A stretch of 64,000 nucleotides of DNA from an uncultured delta proteobacterium (GTDB lineage: Bacteria; Desulfobacterota; Desulfobacteria; Desulfobacterales; CAVQMW01). Each line of letters starts with the position of its first letter. Position 1 is the stretch's first letter. This document shows positions 1 to 10,160 of the stretch, one piece after another. The position numbers and the translations under genes were made by a program. The stretch is taken from the NCBI GenBank assembly GCA_963713755.1, contig CAVQMW010000005.1:1291074-1355073 (forward strand). Reading direction: 5' to 3'. Below the pieces are notes generated by a model that saw only the letters and a list, made by a program, of their open reading frames with translations, searched no databases and was not told where the DNA came from.

Positions 1-2263
1 TCACCTTAGGATCGAGATCCCTGAGCTTGCTCAGGGTCTGCTTGCCCCCCATGCCGCCGGGGACGGTCAAATCGAGGATTACGGCATCAAAAGCCGTCCC
101 GTTTTCTTGGGCCTTTTGATACAGGGCCACGGCCGTCTGGCCGTCGGCCGCCAGGGCTACCTCATAGCCCAGCGTCTTGAGCATAGCCGAGGCGACTTCT
201 TGGATAAAATCCTCATCGTCCATCACCAGGATGCGGCCCTGACCGCGGATCAGACCCTCGAATTTCTTCGAGGCCGGCGCATAGGTCTTGCCGGCGGCCG
301 GTAGCAGAAGGGTAAAGGTGGTACCCCGGCCCAATCTGGAATCCACGGTCAGTTGGCCGTCGTGTTTGGCGATAATATTGTAGGCCACCGTCAGCCCCAA
401 GCCACTGCCCTTTTGTTTGGTTGTGAAGTAGGGGTCGAATACCTTTTTCAGATGTTCCGGGCGGATTCCCAGGCCCTGATCCCCCAGCGTCAGCATGATG
501 TAGTCGCCCGCTGCCAGCAGGTAGGGATTGTCCGCGCTCAAGGAAACGTTCCTGCCCTGGATGGTGATGATCCCGCCTTCGGGCATGGCTTGATCGGCGT
601 TAATAATCAGGTTCTGAACCACTTGGGCGATCTGGGCTTCATCGACATCGGCCGGCTGCAAATCCTTGTCGATGTTGAATTCGCAGCGGACATTGGATCC
701 ATGCAAGGCAAAACTTGCCGATTCATGCACCAGATCGATAATGCTGGTGGCCTGCTTCACCGGCTTGCCGCCCTTGGAGAAGGTCAGCAGCTGCTGGGTC
801 AGGCTCTTGGCCCGCAAGGCGGCTTTTTCCATCTCGCCCATCACCCGGTAAACCGGATTTTCGGGATTGATTTGCAATCGGGCTATGGACAAATTGCCCA
901 TGATTCCGGTCAAAAAGTTGTTGAAATCATGGGCGATGCCCCCGGCCAGGACGCCCAGGGATTTGAGCTTTTCCATTTTCAGCAGCTCTTTTTCGGTGCG
1001 CTGCTGGGCGGTGGTATCCCGAAAGACCAGTACCACCCCGCTGATCCGCCCTTGACGGTCCACAATGGGCGCTCCGCTGTCGGCGATGGCATGTTCCCGC
1101 CCCTCTTTGGCGATCAATAGGGTGTGGTTCCCCAAACCGACGATTTGACCGCTGCTCAGGACGTTTTCAACCGGGTTGTTGCAAGGCTGGCGGGTATGCT
1201 CATCGATAATGTTGAACACCTCCATCAGGGAAAGCCCCCGGGCCTCGAATTCGCTCCAGCCGGTGAGCGTTTCGGCGATGGGGTTCATCAGGGTGATGCG
1301 GCCCTTGCGGTCCGTGGTGATCACTGCGTCGCCGATACTGCGCAGAGTCACCAAGAGACGCTCCTTTTCAGCCGATAAATCAGCCTCCATCTGTTTGCGC
1401 TGGGTGATCAGCTCATTGAAAATAATGATCCCGCCGATTTTCCCTTCAGAACTGCGCCAGGGGACCAGTTGTCGCTTGACCCACTCCTCACGTCCATCGG
1501 AAAATTTCAAAAGCTCGGCTTCCACACGGATGGTCTCGCCGGACAACACCCGCTGGTGCTCCGCTTTCCAGTGCTCGGGAAGATCTGGAAAGATCTCATA
1601 GTGGCTCTGACCGGCCAACTCTTTATTCGGCAGCCGATAATCGGTGTACCATTGGCGGCTGCAGGCGATATAGCGCATCTCCAGGTCGAACATGGCGGTG
1701 GGTGCCGGGGTGTGGGCGATATAAGTTTGCAGCAGCCGCTCCCGTTCTTTTACTTTCAGGTGTGCCTGCTTGATTTCGGTGATGTCGCGAATGACCTCGA
1801 TGGCGCCCACCGCATTTCCCGCTTCATCATACAGGGGGCGGGCGCTGTTCCAGAAATCAGAGGGGACATCACGGAAGGGGGGATTGCGGGTCTCCGACAC
1901 CAGCACATCCCCCTTGCGCCGAACATAGACATACTCTTTTTCGGTTTTCTCATTCCAGTTCAGGGCCAGATCGATGAGTACCGGGCGCCGGATACCATAA
2001 AAGGGAAGGGCATAGGCGTAATTTCCCTGACCCAGTATCGCTTCGGCCTTTACGCCGGATAGGGCTTCCATGGCCTGGTTCCAGGCGGTCACCTTTCCAT
2101 GGATGTCGATGGCGAACATGGCATCGGGCAGAAAATTGATGATTTCCGCCAGCTGCCTTTCCGACTGCCGAAGTGTCCGTTCCCGGTGCCGCATTGTTTC
2201 AAGTTCTTCTTGGATCTCCTTATTTTTCCGCAGCAACTCTTCATAGGTCGGTTTTCCTGGCAT
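1..2263 (-). CDS. PAS-domain hybrid sensor histidine kinase with C-terminal receiver (3' end runs off the window)
   Basis: Absent from the ORF track because no stop lies in the window. My reverse-strand translation from ATG 2263 (AGGAG upstream) reads MPGKPTYEELLRKNKEIQEELE..PDAMFAIDIHGKVTAWNQAMEALSG (PAS). It continues to the H-box GIAHDFNNFLTGIMG, the HATPase block KGSGLGLTVAYNII and the receiver ILVMDDEDFIQEVA..AVILDLTVPGGMGG at the window edge. Confidence 0.85.
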   Translation of the reverse strand, partial: MPGKPTYEELLRKNKEIQEELETMRHRERTLRQSERQLAEIINFLPDAMFAIDIHGKVTAWNQAMEALSGVKAEAILGQGNYAYALPFYGIRRPVLIDLALNWNEKTEKEYVYVRRKGDVLVSETRNPPFRDVPSDFWNSARPLYDEAGNAVGAIEVIRDITEIKQAHLKVKERERLLQTYIAHTPAPTAMFDLEMRYIACSRQWYTDYRLPNKELAGQSHYEIFPDLPEHWKAEHQRVLSGETIRVEAELLKFSDGREEWVKRQLVPWRSSEGKIGGIIIFNELITQRKQMEADLSAEKERLLVTLRSIGDAVITTDRKGRITLMNPIAETLTGWSEFEARGLSLMEVFNIIDEHTRQPCNNPVENVLSSGQIVGLGNHTLLIAKEGREHAIADSGAPIVDRQGRISGVVLVFRDTTAQQRTEKELLKMEKLKSLGVLAGGIAHDFNNFLTGIMGNLSIARLQINPENPVYRVMGEMEKAALRAKSLTQQLLTFSKGGKPVKQATSIIDLVHESASFALHGSNVRCEFNIDKDLQPADVDEAQIAQVVQNLIINADQAMPEGGIITIQGRNVSLSADNPYLLAAGDYIMLTLGDQGLGIRPEHLKKVFDPYFTTKQKGSGLGLTVAYNIIAKHDGQLTVDSRLGRGTTFTLLLPAAGKTYAPASKKFEGLIRGQGRILVMDDEDFIQEVASAMLKTLGYEVALAADGQTAVALYQKAQENGTAFDAVILDLTVPGGMGGKQTLSKLRDLDPKV

Positions 2264-2424
2264 AAAATCTCCTGGCGACTGTATTTTGTGGGCCTAGTGT
2301 AGAAGATCTTTCCGTTGTGGGGATACAGCAATTGGCTGAGGGCCATGGGGTGCTGTAGCTTCCGTTGGGTATGGCGAAGGTGGGCGAATCCCTTGATTGA
2401 GCGATGATGATTTTTCAGCCAGTC

Positions 2425-3864
2425 TCAATCCTGGGCAGGGTTGCCGCTGCCATTTTGGGCCTTGGCTGCCCGGGTGATCCAGCCGCCGCCCAGGGCTTTG
2501 TAGAGGCGCACATAGGCGTTGAGGTACTGCTGCTTGAGCTCCGAGGCCTCCAGCGCAACGGAAAAGTAGGCGCGCTGACTGTCGAGGACTTCTAGATAGC
2601 TGGTCACGCCTTGGTCGTAGCGCTCCGAAGAGAGTTGATTGGCACTTTGAGCCGCCTTGAGCTTGTTTTTAACCGCGGTGAGCTGGCTGCGGTAGGTCTC
2701 AATCTCCGTTAATCCGTCTTCGACTTCCCTGAAAGCGGTCAGCACGATGTTTTCATACTGGAGCAGGGCCTGGCGCGCGCGTTCTTCCTCGATCTCCACT
2801 CGCCGGCGGTTCTTTCCAAAATCCAGCAGCGGCGCCACCAGGCCCCCGCCCAGGGACCACACCTCGCCTTCGGAGGTAATGGAGGAGAGCTCACTGCTGG
2901 CCAGGCCCAGCACACCGGTCAGAGATATGGAAGGAAATCGTAGGGCCTCGGCCACACCGATGCGGGCGGTTTGCGCTTTGAGCTGGTAGAAAGCCTGGGC
3001 GATGTCCGGGCGGCGGGTGAGCAGATCGGCGGGCAGCCCCATGGGAATGTCCGGCGGGATGGGTTGCTGCGTTAGAGCGCTGCCGGTTCGGATCCCGCCG
3101 GGCAGTCGGCCCATGAGAATGCTCAGGGCGTTTTCCACCTTGGCGATGGACCGTTGGTAAAGGGGGATCGCACCGGCGGCGATCTCCTTTTGGATTTGGG
3201 CCTGATTGAGATCGATTTCGGGCACCGTGCCCTGGTCGAAGCGCTGTTGGATGATATCGAGGCTTTCCAGCCGGGAGTCGAGGGTCTCCCGGGCGATGAC
3301 CTCGCGCTGCTGAAAGTCAAGGAGTTGGTAGTAAGCGCTGACCACCTCGGAGATCAGGGTCAGCTGGACGGTATCCAGGGCGTATTGGGAAGCCATTAAG
3401 TCCGCCCTGGCCGCTTCATTGGCCCGGCTGAATTTGCCCCAGAAGTCAATCTCCCAATTGATCGTCGGCGCGATAAATGCTGTGGAATTGGTGTCGGGGG
3501 ACCGGGAGCCTCCGGAATAGTTACCCGTCATCGCTCCGACATCGAGATCGATGCGCGGCAAGCGGTCCGCTTCGGTGAAGCCCAGCGCTGCCCGGGCTTC
3601 CACTATCCGGCTGGCGGCGACCCCCAGGTCGCGGTTGTTGGCAAGGGCCTGGGTTACGATTTGATACAGATCGGGGTCCTGAAACAGGTTCCACCATTTC
3701 AGATTGAACTCGACCCCTTCCCCTGGCAATGCCGACCGGTAGGCCGCGGGGGTCTCTACCTCTGGCGGCCTAAAATCAGGCCCCAGAGTCGCACATCCGG
3801 AAACCAGGAGCATCAATAGCGCGGTTAACAGCGGCAGCCATTTCCCCATTCGGTTGGATTTCAT
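2425..3864 (-). CDS. RND efflux outer-membrane factor lipoprotein (NodT/OprM family)
   Basis: Lipobox LLMLLVSGC and OMF-type alpha/beta repeats. Start trimmed to ATG 3864 (MKSNRMGKW, GGGAGAG upstream), 19 nt after the RND stop. Confidence 0.9.
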   Translation of the reverse strand: MKSNRMGKWLPLLTALLMLLVSGCATLGPDFRPPEVETPAAYRSALPGEGVEFNLKWWNLFQDPDLYQIVTQALANNRDLGVAASRIVEARAALGFTEADRLPRIDLDVGAMTGNYSGGSRSPDTNSTAFIAPTINWEIDFWGKFSRANEAARADLMASQYALDTVQLTLISEVVSAYYQLLDFQQREVIARETLDSRLESLDIIQQRFDQGTVPEIDLNQAQIQKEIAAGAIPLYQRSIAKVENALSILMGRLPGGIRTGSALTQQPIPPDIPMGLPADLLTRRPDIAQAFYQLKAQTARIGVAEALRFPSISLTGVLGLASSELSSITSEGEVWSLGGGLVAPLLDFGKNRRRVEIEEERARQALLQYENIVLTAFREVEDGLTEIETYRSQLTAVKNKLKAAQSANQLSSERYDQGVTSYLEVLDSQRAYFSVALEASELKQQYLNAYVRLYKALGGGWITRAAKAQNGSGNPAQD

Positions 3865-3883
3865 CAGATGCTCTCCCGTTGGC

Positions 3884-6800
3884 TCAGGTCGGGTTGTTTG
3901 AAAGATCGCGTTTCTTTTCATAACCGGCGATTATGCCGACCAACACAAAAAGCATGGGGTAGAAGAAAACCCCCAGGCCGGTGGCCAGGGTCATGCCCCC
4001 CAAAAGGGCCACGCCCATGACCACCCGGGCTTCCGCACCGGCGCCGCTGGCCACCACCAGGGGCATCACTCCCAGGATGAAGGAAAAGGCGGTCATCAGG
4101 ATGGGCCGAAAGCGCAGTTGGGCCGCCTTGACGGCCGCATCGAAGAGGGAAAGCCCGTTTTTGAATTCGATGTTGGCGAACTCGACAATCAGGATGGCGT
4201 TTTTGGCGGCCATGGCGATGAGCATCACTAGGGCGATCTGGGCAAAGACGTTGAGCTCATAGCTGGGGCTGGTCAGACGCGCCAGGTAGAGGGCCAGAAA
4301 GGCACCGAAAATGGCAAAGGGCGTGCCCAGCAGAATACTGAAGGGCAGGGACCAGCTCTCATACTGGGCCGCCAGAATCAGAAAAACGAACACCAGGGAG
4401 AAGACAAACACGATAGCCCCACTGCCCGAGGTTTTCTTCTCCTGAAAGGACATGTTGCTCCAGGCGTAGCCCATCCCCTGGGGCAGCACGGTCGCAGCCA
4501 CCGCTTCCAGGGCGTCCAGGGCCTGAACCGAGGTGTAGCCGGGCGCCGGCCCCCCGGTGAGCTCGATGGCCCGGTAAAGATTGAAGCGGGTGGTGAAGTC
4601 CGGGCCGGCGATCTCCTTGACCGTGACAAAGGCGCTCAAGGGGACCTTTTGCCCTTCATCGTTCTTCACCGAAAAGAGGTTGATCTTCTCTTCGTTGATC
4701 CGGTACTCCGGCTCGGCCTGGATGTAGGCTTTGTAGAGTCGCCCGAAACGGTTGAAATCATTGATGTAGGAACCGCCGAGAAAGGCGCCCACGGTGGCGT
4801 AGATATCATTTAAGGCCACGCCCGCCTTGAGCACCTTGTCGCGGTTGATTTCCATGTAGCGCTGGGGCACGCTGGCCCGGAAGGTGGTGAAGATGGAACC
4901 GATTTCCGGTTGCTCCAGAGCGGCCTGGATGAATGCGGCGGTCTGGTCCGCCAAATACTGGGGTGTGTTGCCGGCCTGGTCCTGAATCATCAGGGTAAAA
5001 CCCGAACCGCTGCCCAGTCCGGGGATGGGCGGCGGCCCAAAGGCAAAGACCTGGGCTTCGCTGATCCTCCCATAAAAATCGCGGTTCAGGGCGGCCACCA
5101 GGTCGTTAGCGGTCTTTTCCCGCTGATCCCACTCTTTGAGGGAGACGAAAACGAAACCGGCGTTGGGGGACATGCTGCCGGAAATCAGGCTGAATCCAGT
5201 GGCGGCGGTAACGAAATCGACCTCCTCATGGGCCGTGATCAGCTCCTCCACGGTCTTGACCACCGCATCGGAGCGCTGCAAGGAGGCGGCGTCGGGCAGT
5301 TGGACGTTGACCATCAGATAGCCCATATCCTCGCTGGGCATGAAGCCGCCGGGCAGCAGCTTGCCCAACCCCCCCAGGCCCGCGGTCAGCACGACGATAA
5401 AGACCAGGCCCACGGCAATCTTGCGGGTTATGAAACGGACCGATCCGGCGTAGCCCGCGGTGATGGTGTCGAACAGCGCGTTGAAGCCCCGGAAAAAGAG
5501 CCCCAGGGGGCCGCGCAGTGGTTTGCGCTTGCGCAGCAAAAGGCCGCAGAGGGCCGGACTGAGGGTCAGGGCGTTGATGGAAGAAAACAGCACCGAGACC
5601 GCCACGGTGATGGCAAACTGCTGGTAGAGCCGGCCGGTGATGCCTCCCATGACGGCTACCGGGATGAAGACCGCCACCATCACCAGGGTCGTGGCGACGA
5701 TCGGTGCGGTCACCTCCTGCATGGCTGCCTCGGTGGCCGCTTTGGGCGCCATTCCTTTTTCGATGTTGACCTGCACCGCTTCCACCACCACGATGGCGTC
5801 GTCCACCACGATGCCGATGGCCAGCACCAAGCCCAGCAGGGAGAGCACGTTGACCGTAAAGCCAATCAGGGGAAAGACGATGAAGGCCCCGATGAGGGAG
5901 ACCGGGATGGCGATGGTGGGGATCAGCGCCGCGCGCCAATCCTGGATAAAGATGTAGACCACCAGAATCACCAAGGCCAGGGCGATGATCAGGGTTTCGA
6001 CGATTTCGTCAATGCCCGCGGTAATGGCCGTGGTGGTGTCCAGGGAGACATCGTAGCGCATGCTGTTGGGAAACGAGCTGGAAAGGTCCGCCATGGTGCG
6101 GTGCACCTCCTCGGCCAAGGTGACGGCGTTGGAGCCGGGGGCCTGGTAGAGGGCGATCATGGCGCAGGGCTTGCCGTTGAGACGGGTAAAGGCGTTGTAG
6201 GTTTCCACGCCCAACTCCACCCGGGCCACGTGTTTGATTTTGACCTGGGCGCCTTGATCGGTGGTGCGAATGACGATTTCGCCGAACTCTTGTTCGTTCT
6301 GCAGCCGGTCGGGCAGGCGTACGGTGTAGGTGAACTCCGTGCCGGGCGGGGCCGGTTCCGCACCGAATTTACCCCCCGGCACCACCACGCTCTGGGCCCG
6401 GATGGCCTCCACGATCTCCGGCACGCTGATGCCCAGATGGGCCAGGCGGTCGGGCTTGATCCAGATGCGCATGGAGTAGTCGCTGGCCCCGATGACGTTC
6501 ACGCTGCCGATGCCCTTGATGCGCGCCAGAATATCTTTGATATTGATCAGGGCGTAGTTGCCCAGAAACTGCTGATCGAAGCGCTCTTCGTCCGCCGTCA
6601 AAGAGATCAGCATCAAAATGTTGGGTAGGGATTTTTCGGTGGTCACCCCCAGGCGCTTGACCTCCTCGGGTAGTTTGGCCGTGGCCGCGGCTACCCGGTT
6701 CTGGGTGAAGACGGTGTTCATGTCGGGGTCGGTGCCCACCTCGAAGGAGACCTGGATGGCCATGGTGCCGTCATTGGCGTTGGTGGATTTCATATAGATC

Positions 6801-7024
6801 ATGTTGTCCACCCCGTTGATCTGCTGCTCCAGAGGGGTGGCCACCGACTGCTCCACACTCACCGCATTGGCGCCGGTATAAACTGCCCGCACCTGCACAA
6901 TGGGCGGTGTGATATCGGGGTACTGCTCCGTGGGCAGGCCGCTTAAGAACACCACACCGACGATGACCATAAATATGGCGATCACCATGGCGACAACGGG
7001 CCGATGAACAAAGAAATTTCCCAT
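3884..7024 (-). CDS. RND multidrug efflux permease (AcrB/HAE1 family)
   Basis: 1046 aa with the typical N-terminus MGNFFVHRPVVAMVIAIFMVIVG, a 12-TM layout and two large periplasmic loops. Confidence 0.95.
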   Translation of the reverse strand: MGNFFVHRPVVAMVIAIFMVIVGVVFLSGLPTEQYPDITPPIVQVRAVYTGANAVSVEQSVATPLEQQINGVDNMIYMKSTNANDGTMAIQVSFEVGTDPDMNTVFTQNRVAAATAKLPEEVKRLGVTTEKSLPNILMLISLTADEERFDQQFLGNYALINIKDILARIKGIGSVNVIGASDYSMRIWIKPDRLAHLGISVPEIVEAIRAQSVVVPGGKFGAEPAPPGTEFTYTVRLPDRLQNEQEFGEIVIRTTDQGAQVKIKHVARVELGVETYNAFTRLNGKPCAMIALYQAPGSNAVTLAEEVHRTMADLSSSFPNSMRYDVSLDTTTAITAGIDEIVETLIIALALVILVVYIFIQDWRAALIPTIAIPVSLIGAFIVFPLIGFTVNVLSLLGLVLAIGIVVDDAIVVVEAVQVNIEKGMAPKAATEAAMQEVTAPIVATTLVMVAVFIPVAVMGGITGRLYQQFAITVAVSVLFSSINALTLSPALCGLLLRKRKPLRGPLGLFFRGFNALFDTITAGYAGSVRFITRKIAVGLVFIVVLTAGLGGLGKLLPGGFMPSEDMGYLMVNVQLPDAASLQRSDAVVKTVEELITAHEEVDFVTAATGFSLISGSMSPNAGFVFVSLKEWDQREKTANDLVAALNRDFYGRISEAQVFAFGPPPIPGLGSGSGFTLMIQDQAGNTPQYLADQTAAFIQAALEQPEIGSIFTTFRASVPQRYMEINRDKVLKAGVALNDIYATVGAFLGGSYINDFNRFGRLYKAYIQAEPEYRINEEKINLFSVKNDEGQKVPLSAFVTVKEIAGPDFTTRFNLYRAIELTGGPAPGYTSVQALDALEAVAATVLPQGMGYAWSNMSFQEKKTSGSGAIVFVFSLVFVFLILAAQYESWSLPFSILLGTPFAIFGAFLALYLARLTSPSYELNVFAQIALVMLIAMAAKNAILIVEFANIEFKNGLSLFDAAVKAAQLRFRPILMTAFSFILGVMPLVVASGAGAEARVVMGVALLGGMTLATGLGVFFYPMLFVLVGIIAGYEKKRDLSNNPT

Positions 7025-7030
7025 GCTGGA

Positions 7031-8173
7031 CTAAATCTCGCTAAAGGCAGGCAGTTGAATCGCTTCGCTGACCGGGGTGACCTTGCCGTCGGCGCGAATC
7101 TTTTGCAGCCCTTCGTAGACCACCTGTTCACCGGGTTTGAGTCCCTCCCGGATCAGCCGGAAATTCTCAATGGCAGGCCCCACCCGGACCGGACGCTCTT
7201 CCACGCCGCCGTCCGGGGTCACCACATAGACGCTGTATTCTCCCTGAAGCTCGGTCAGGCAGCGCTGGGGGATCAGTATGCCGTTTTCGACCACTTCGGC
7301 CACGGCGCGGATTTTGGCGAACTGGCCTGGCCGCAGGAGTCTTTCCGGGTTGGGAAAGGAGGTTTGCACTCGGATGGCCCCGGTAGCGGGATCCACCTGC
7401 CGATCAATAAAATCAAACCGGCCCGTGTGGGCAAAGCGGCTGCCGTCGGCGAGGATCAGGGTGATATCCTCCTGGGGTTTGGCCTCAGTCTCTGTGGCGT
7501 AGCGTCGGGCCAGCTGCAGATACTGCTCCTCGGTCAAGAAAAACTGGACCCGGATGCTGTCAATCTGGGAGACAGTATTGAGAACCACGGTTCCCAGACT
7601 GCGGCCCACGAAATCTCCCACCTGGGATTCGGTTTGGCCGATGATTCCGGTGATGGGGGAGTAGATTTTGGTGTAGCCCAGCTGAATTTTTGCGGCCCGC
7701 AGATTGGCCTGGGCGGCCTCCACCGAGGCGACCGCCGCCTCCTGGCTGGCAATGGCGGCATCCAGATCGCTCTGGCTGACCGCCCGGCGCTGGGCCAGGG
7801 GGCGGATGCGGTTCAAATCGTTCTGGGCTTTGACCAGCATGGTTTTGGCTTCGGCCACGCGGCTCATCATGGCCGCCACTTCCGCCTCGTAGGGCTGACT
7901 TTCCAGCACATAGAGCAGGTCTCCCTGGATCACTTCCGAGCCCTCCTGGAAATGGGTCTCTTCCAAAAATCCTTCAACCCGCGCCCGAATGGCGATATCC
8001 TTGGCCCCTAAGACCTGTCCCACAAACTCCAGATGAAGGGGGACCTTTTGGGCCGCAGTTTGAACCACTTTTACCTGTGGCGGCGGGGGGGCTGGGGCCG
8101 CGGGATCCTCTGGGCGGCAGCCGGCGGCTGCCCCGGCCATCATCCACATGAGACAGATTAGTTTGATTTTCAT
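7031..8173 (-). CDS. RND efflux periplasmic adaptor (membrane fusion protein, AcrA/HlyD family)
   Basis: Lipoprotein signal MWMMAGAAAGC and MFP coiled-coil/barrel blocks. ATG 8173 is preferred over the track TTG at 8185. The stop is TAG at 7031-7033. Confidence 0.9.
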   Translation of the reverse strand: MKIKLICLMWMMAGAAAGCRPEDPAAPAPPPPQVKVVQTAAQKVPLHLEFVGQVLGAKDIAIRARVEGFLEETHFQEGSEVIQGDLLYVLESQPYEAEVAAMMSRVAEAKTMLVKAQNDLNRIRPLAQRRAVSQSDLDAAIASQEAAVASVEAAQANLRAAKIQLGYTKIYSPITGIIGQTESQVGDFVGRSLGTVVLNTVSQIDSIRVQFFLTEEQYLQLARRYATETEAKPQEDITLILADGSRFAHTGRFDFIDRQVDPATGAIRVQTSFPNPERLLRPGQFAKIRAVAEVVENGILIPQRCLTELQGEYSVYVVTPDGGVEERPVRVGPAIENFRLIREGLKPGEQVVYEGLQKIRADGKVTPVSEAIQLPAFSEI

Positions 8174-8473
8174 GGAATTTCTCAAGTTGAGTAATGGGTA
8201 GCGCAGGTTTCAAGGCCGGCCGGGTTCCACGGGGAGACGGTGTAGCGATTTGAAGGAGGAACCACTTGCCTTTTATAAGGAACAGGGGCTTACGACGCAA
8301 TGGAAACTGTAACCATGTGCTCTACTGAAAAGGCTTGCCCGTGCATTCACTGCCGGACTTACATAGGATGTTTCGAAGCGTGATGTCAATTTTACCCTTC
8401 ACCGGCAGCGATTCTCAGGGAAGGGGCAATGGCGCCGAACAGTGGTCCTTAGGGATTTGTAAATGAGGCCGGT

Positions 8474-8502
8474 TTGACAGGCAGTTATTAATTTCATATA
8501 TT
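8474..8502 (+). promoter_or_regulatory. sigma-70 type promoter for arsR
   Basis: TTGACA, 17 nt spacer, TATATT. It ends 25 nt upstream of the arsR ATG. Confidence 0.55.
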
Positions 8503-8526
8503 CGAATTTAACGATATGGAGGCGCC

Positions 8527-8871
8527 ATGCGAGATTTCATCAAGGTCATGAAAGCCCTCTCCGACCCCAACCGGGTCAAGATGCTCAAGCTGCTTCAGCG
8601 GCGGGTGCTGTGCGTGTGCGAGATCCAGGAAGCCCTGGGGCTGGCCCAGTCCACCGTCAGCAAGCACCTGAAGATCCTGGAGGAGGCTGGTTTGATCACC
8701 TTTCTCAAGGAGGGGCCCTGGGTCAATTACCGGTTAGCCGGCGGGGAAAGAAATCCCTATGTGGCCAATCTGCTGGGCAGTTTGCGGCATTGGCTGGAGG
8801 ATGATGCGGATGTGGCGGCCCTGGCGGCCAAACTGCCGCAGATCCATCGCGAAACCATCCGCGGCGGCTAA
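8527..8871 (+). CDS. ArsR/SmtB family metalloregulator
   Basis: ALSDPNRVKMLKLLQRRVLCVCEIQEALGLAQSTVSKHLKILEEAGLI is a winged HTH with the CVC metal/metalloid site. Confidence 0.9.
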   Translation: MRDFIKVMKALSDPNRVKMLKLLQRRVLCVCEIQEALGLAQSTVSKHLKILEEAGLITFLKEGPWVNYRLAGGERNPYVANLLGSLRHWLEDDADVAALAAKLPQIHRETIRGG

Positions 8872-8966
8872 TTTTTTTGGATTAACCATATCGTTATATT
8901 GCGATATAAGAATAAGTTGGCGTCTCGCGGGTCTTTCGCCCTCGGCCGCCGACCCGCGGAGCACAA

Positions 8967-10145
8967 ATGATGAAAGAGCGCAGCAAGCTGTTGTGGATTG
9001 TGGCTGTTTTTGTGGCTGCCTACTATGTTCCCTGGGGCCATCCTCGGATCCGCCAATCCGGGCTGGAAGCGTTCATGATGCTTCAGGAGTACGCCCGGGA
9101 GCATGTTCTCACCTGTTTGATACCCGCATTTTTCATTGCCGGGGCGATTGCCGTGTTCGTGTCCCAGGCATCGGTGCTCAAATATTTCGGGGCGCAAGCC
9201 AGTAAACTATTATCCTATTCGGTGGCCTCGGTTTCCGGAACCATTCTGGCGGTCTGCTCCTGCACGGTGCTGCCGCTGTTTGCCGGCATTTATACCCGGG
9301 GCGCGGGTATCGGGCCGGCCACGGCCTTTCTCTACTCCGGTCCAGCCATCAACGTGCTGGCTATCACCCTGACCGCTAAAATCCTGGGCTGGCAACTGGG
9401 TTTGGCGCGGGCCCTGGGCGCGGTCATTTTTGCCGTGATCACCGGCCTGCTGATGGCCCTGATCTTCCGCAAGGATGATGCAGCGCGCACCGCCGGGCAG
9501 ATCTACGTGCCGGAGGCCGAAGCCAAAGAGCGTACCCTTCTGCAGGATGTGTTGTACCTGCTCACCATGGTGTTGATCCTGGTGTTCGCCGCCTTTGCCA
9601 AGCCGGGCCCTGGCGCCACCGGCGTGTGGCCATTCATTTTTTTTGTCAAATGGTACGTCACCATCGCCTTGCTGATCATCCTGGGGTTGATGCTCAAGGC
9701 CTGGTTCACCAAGGATGAATGTAAAAACTGGGTGGAATCCACCTGGGGATTCATGAAACAGATCTTTCCCTTGCTGGCCGGGGGGGTGCTGGTGGCTGGA
9801 TTTATGCTGGGCCGCCCCGGTCATGCGGCCCTGATTCCCGAGCAGTGGATTGAGTCCCTTCTGGGGGGCAACTCCCTGGGGGCCAACCTGATCGCCGCCC
9901 TGGCCGGGGCCTTGATGTATTTCGCCACCCTGACCGAAGTACCCATCCTCCAGGGGCTGCTGGGGGCCGGTATGGGACAGGGGCCGGCCCTGGCGTTGCT
10001 GCTGGCCGGCCCGGCGCTCTCGCTGCCCAATATGCTGGTGATCGGCAGCGTCATGGGCGTGAAAAAAACAGCCACCTTTTGTGGGATCATCGTGGTTCTG
10101 TCGACCCTGGCCGGAATGCTTTACGGTGCGCTGTTCGTATATTGA
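8967..10145 (+). CDS. ArsP-like / UPF0718 family permease
   Basis: Polytopic membrane protein with the vicinal-Cys motif AVCSCTVLPLF typical of this permease family. It follows arsR. Confidence 0.8.
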   Translation: MMKERSKLLWIVAVFVAAYYVPWGHPRIRQSGLEAFMMLQEYAREHVLTCLIPAFFIAGAIAVFVSQASVLKYFGAQASKLLSYSVASVSGTILAVCSCTVLPLFAGIYTRGAGIGPATAFLYSGPAINVLAITLTAKILGWQLGLARALGAVIFAVITGLLMALIFRKDDAARTAGQIYVPEAEAKERTLLQDVLYLLTMVLILVFAAFAKPGPGATGVWPFIFFVKWYVTIALLIILGLMLKAWFTKDECKNWVESTWGFMKQIFPLLAGGVLVAGFMLGRPGHAALIPEQWIESLLGGNSLGANLIAALAGALMYFATLTEVPILQGLLGAGMGQGPALALLLAGPALSLPNMLVIGSVMGVKKTATFCGIIVVLSTLAGMLYGALFVY

Positions 10146-10160
10146 GAGCCTAAAGAAACC

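Noticed and set aside
4910-6628. 572-aa plus-strand ORF
   Set aside because: It is antisense to the unmistakable AcrB-type RND pump. It is Gly/His/Asp/Arg-rich with no motifs.
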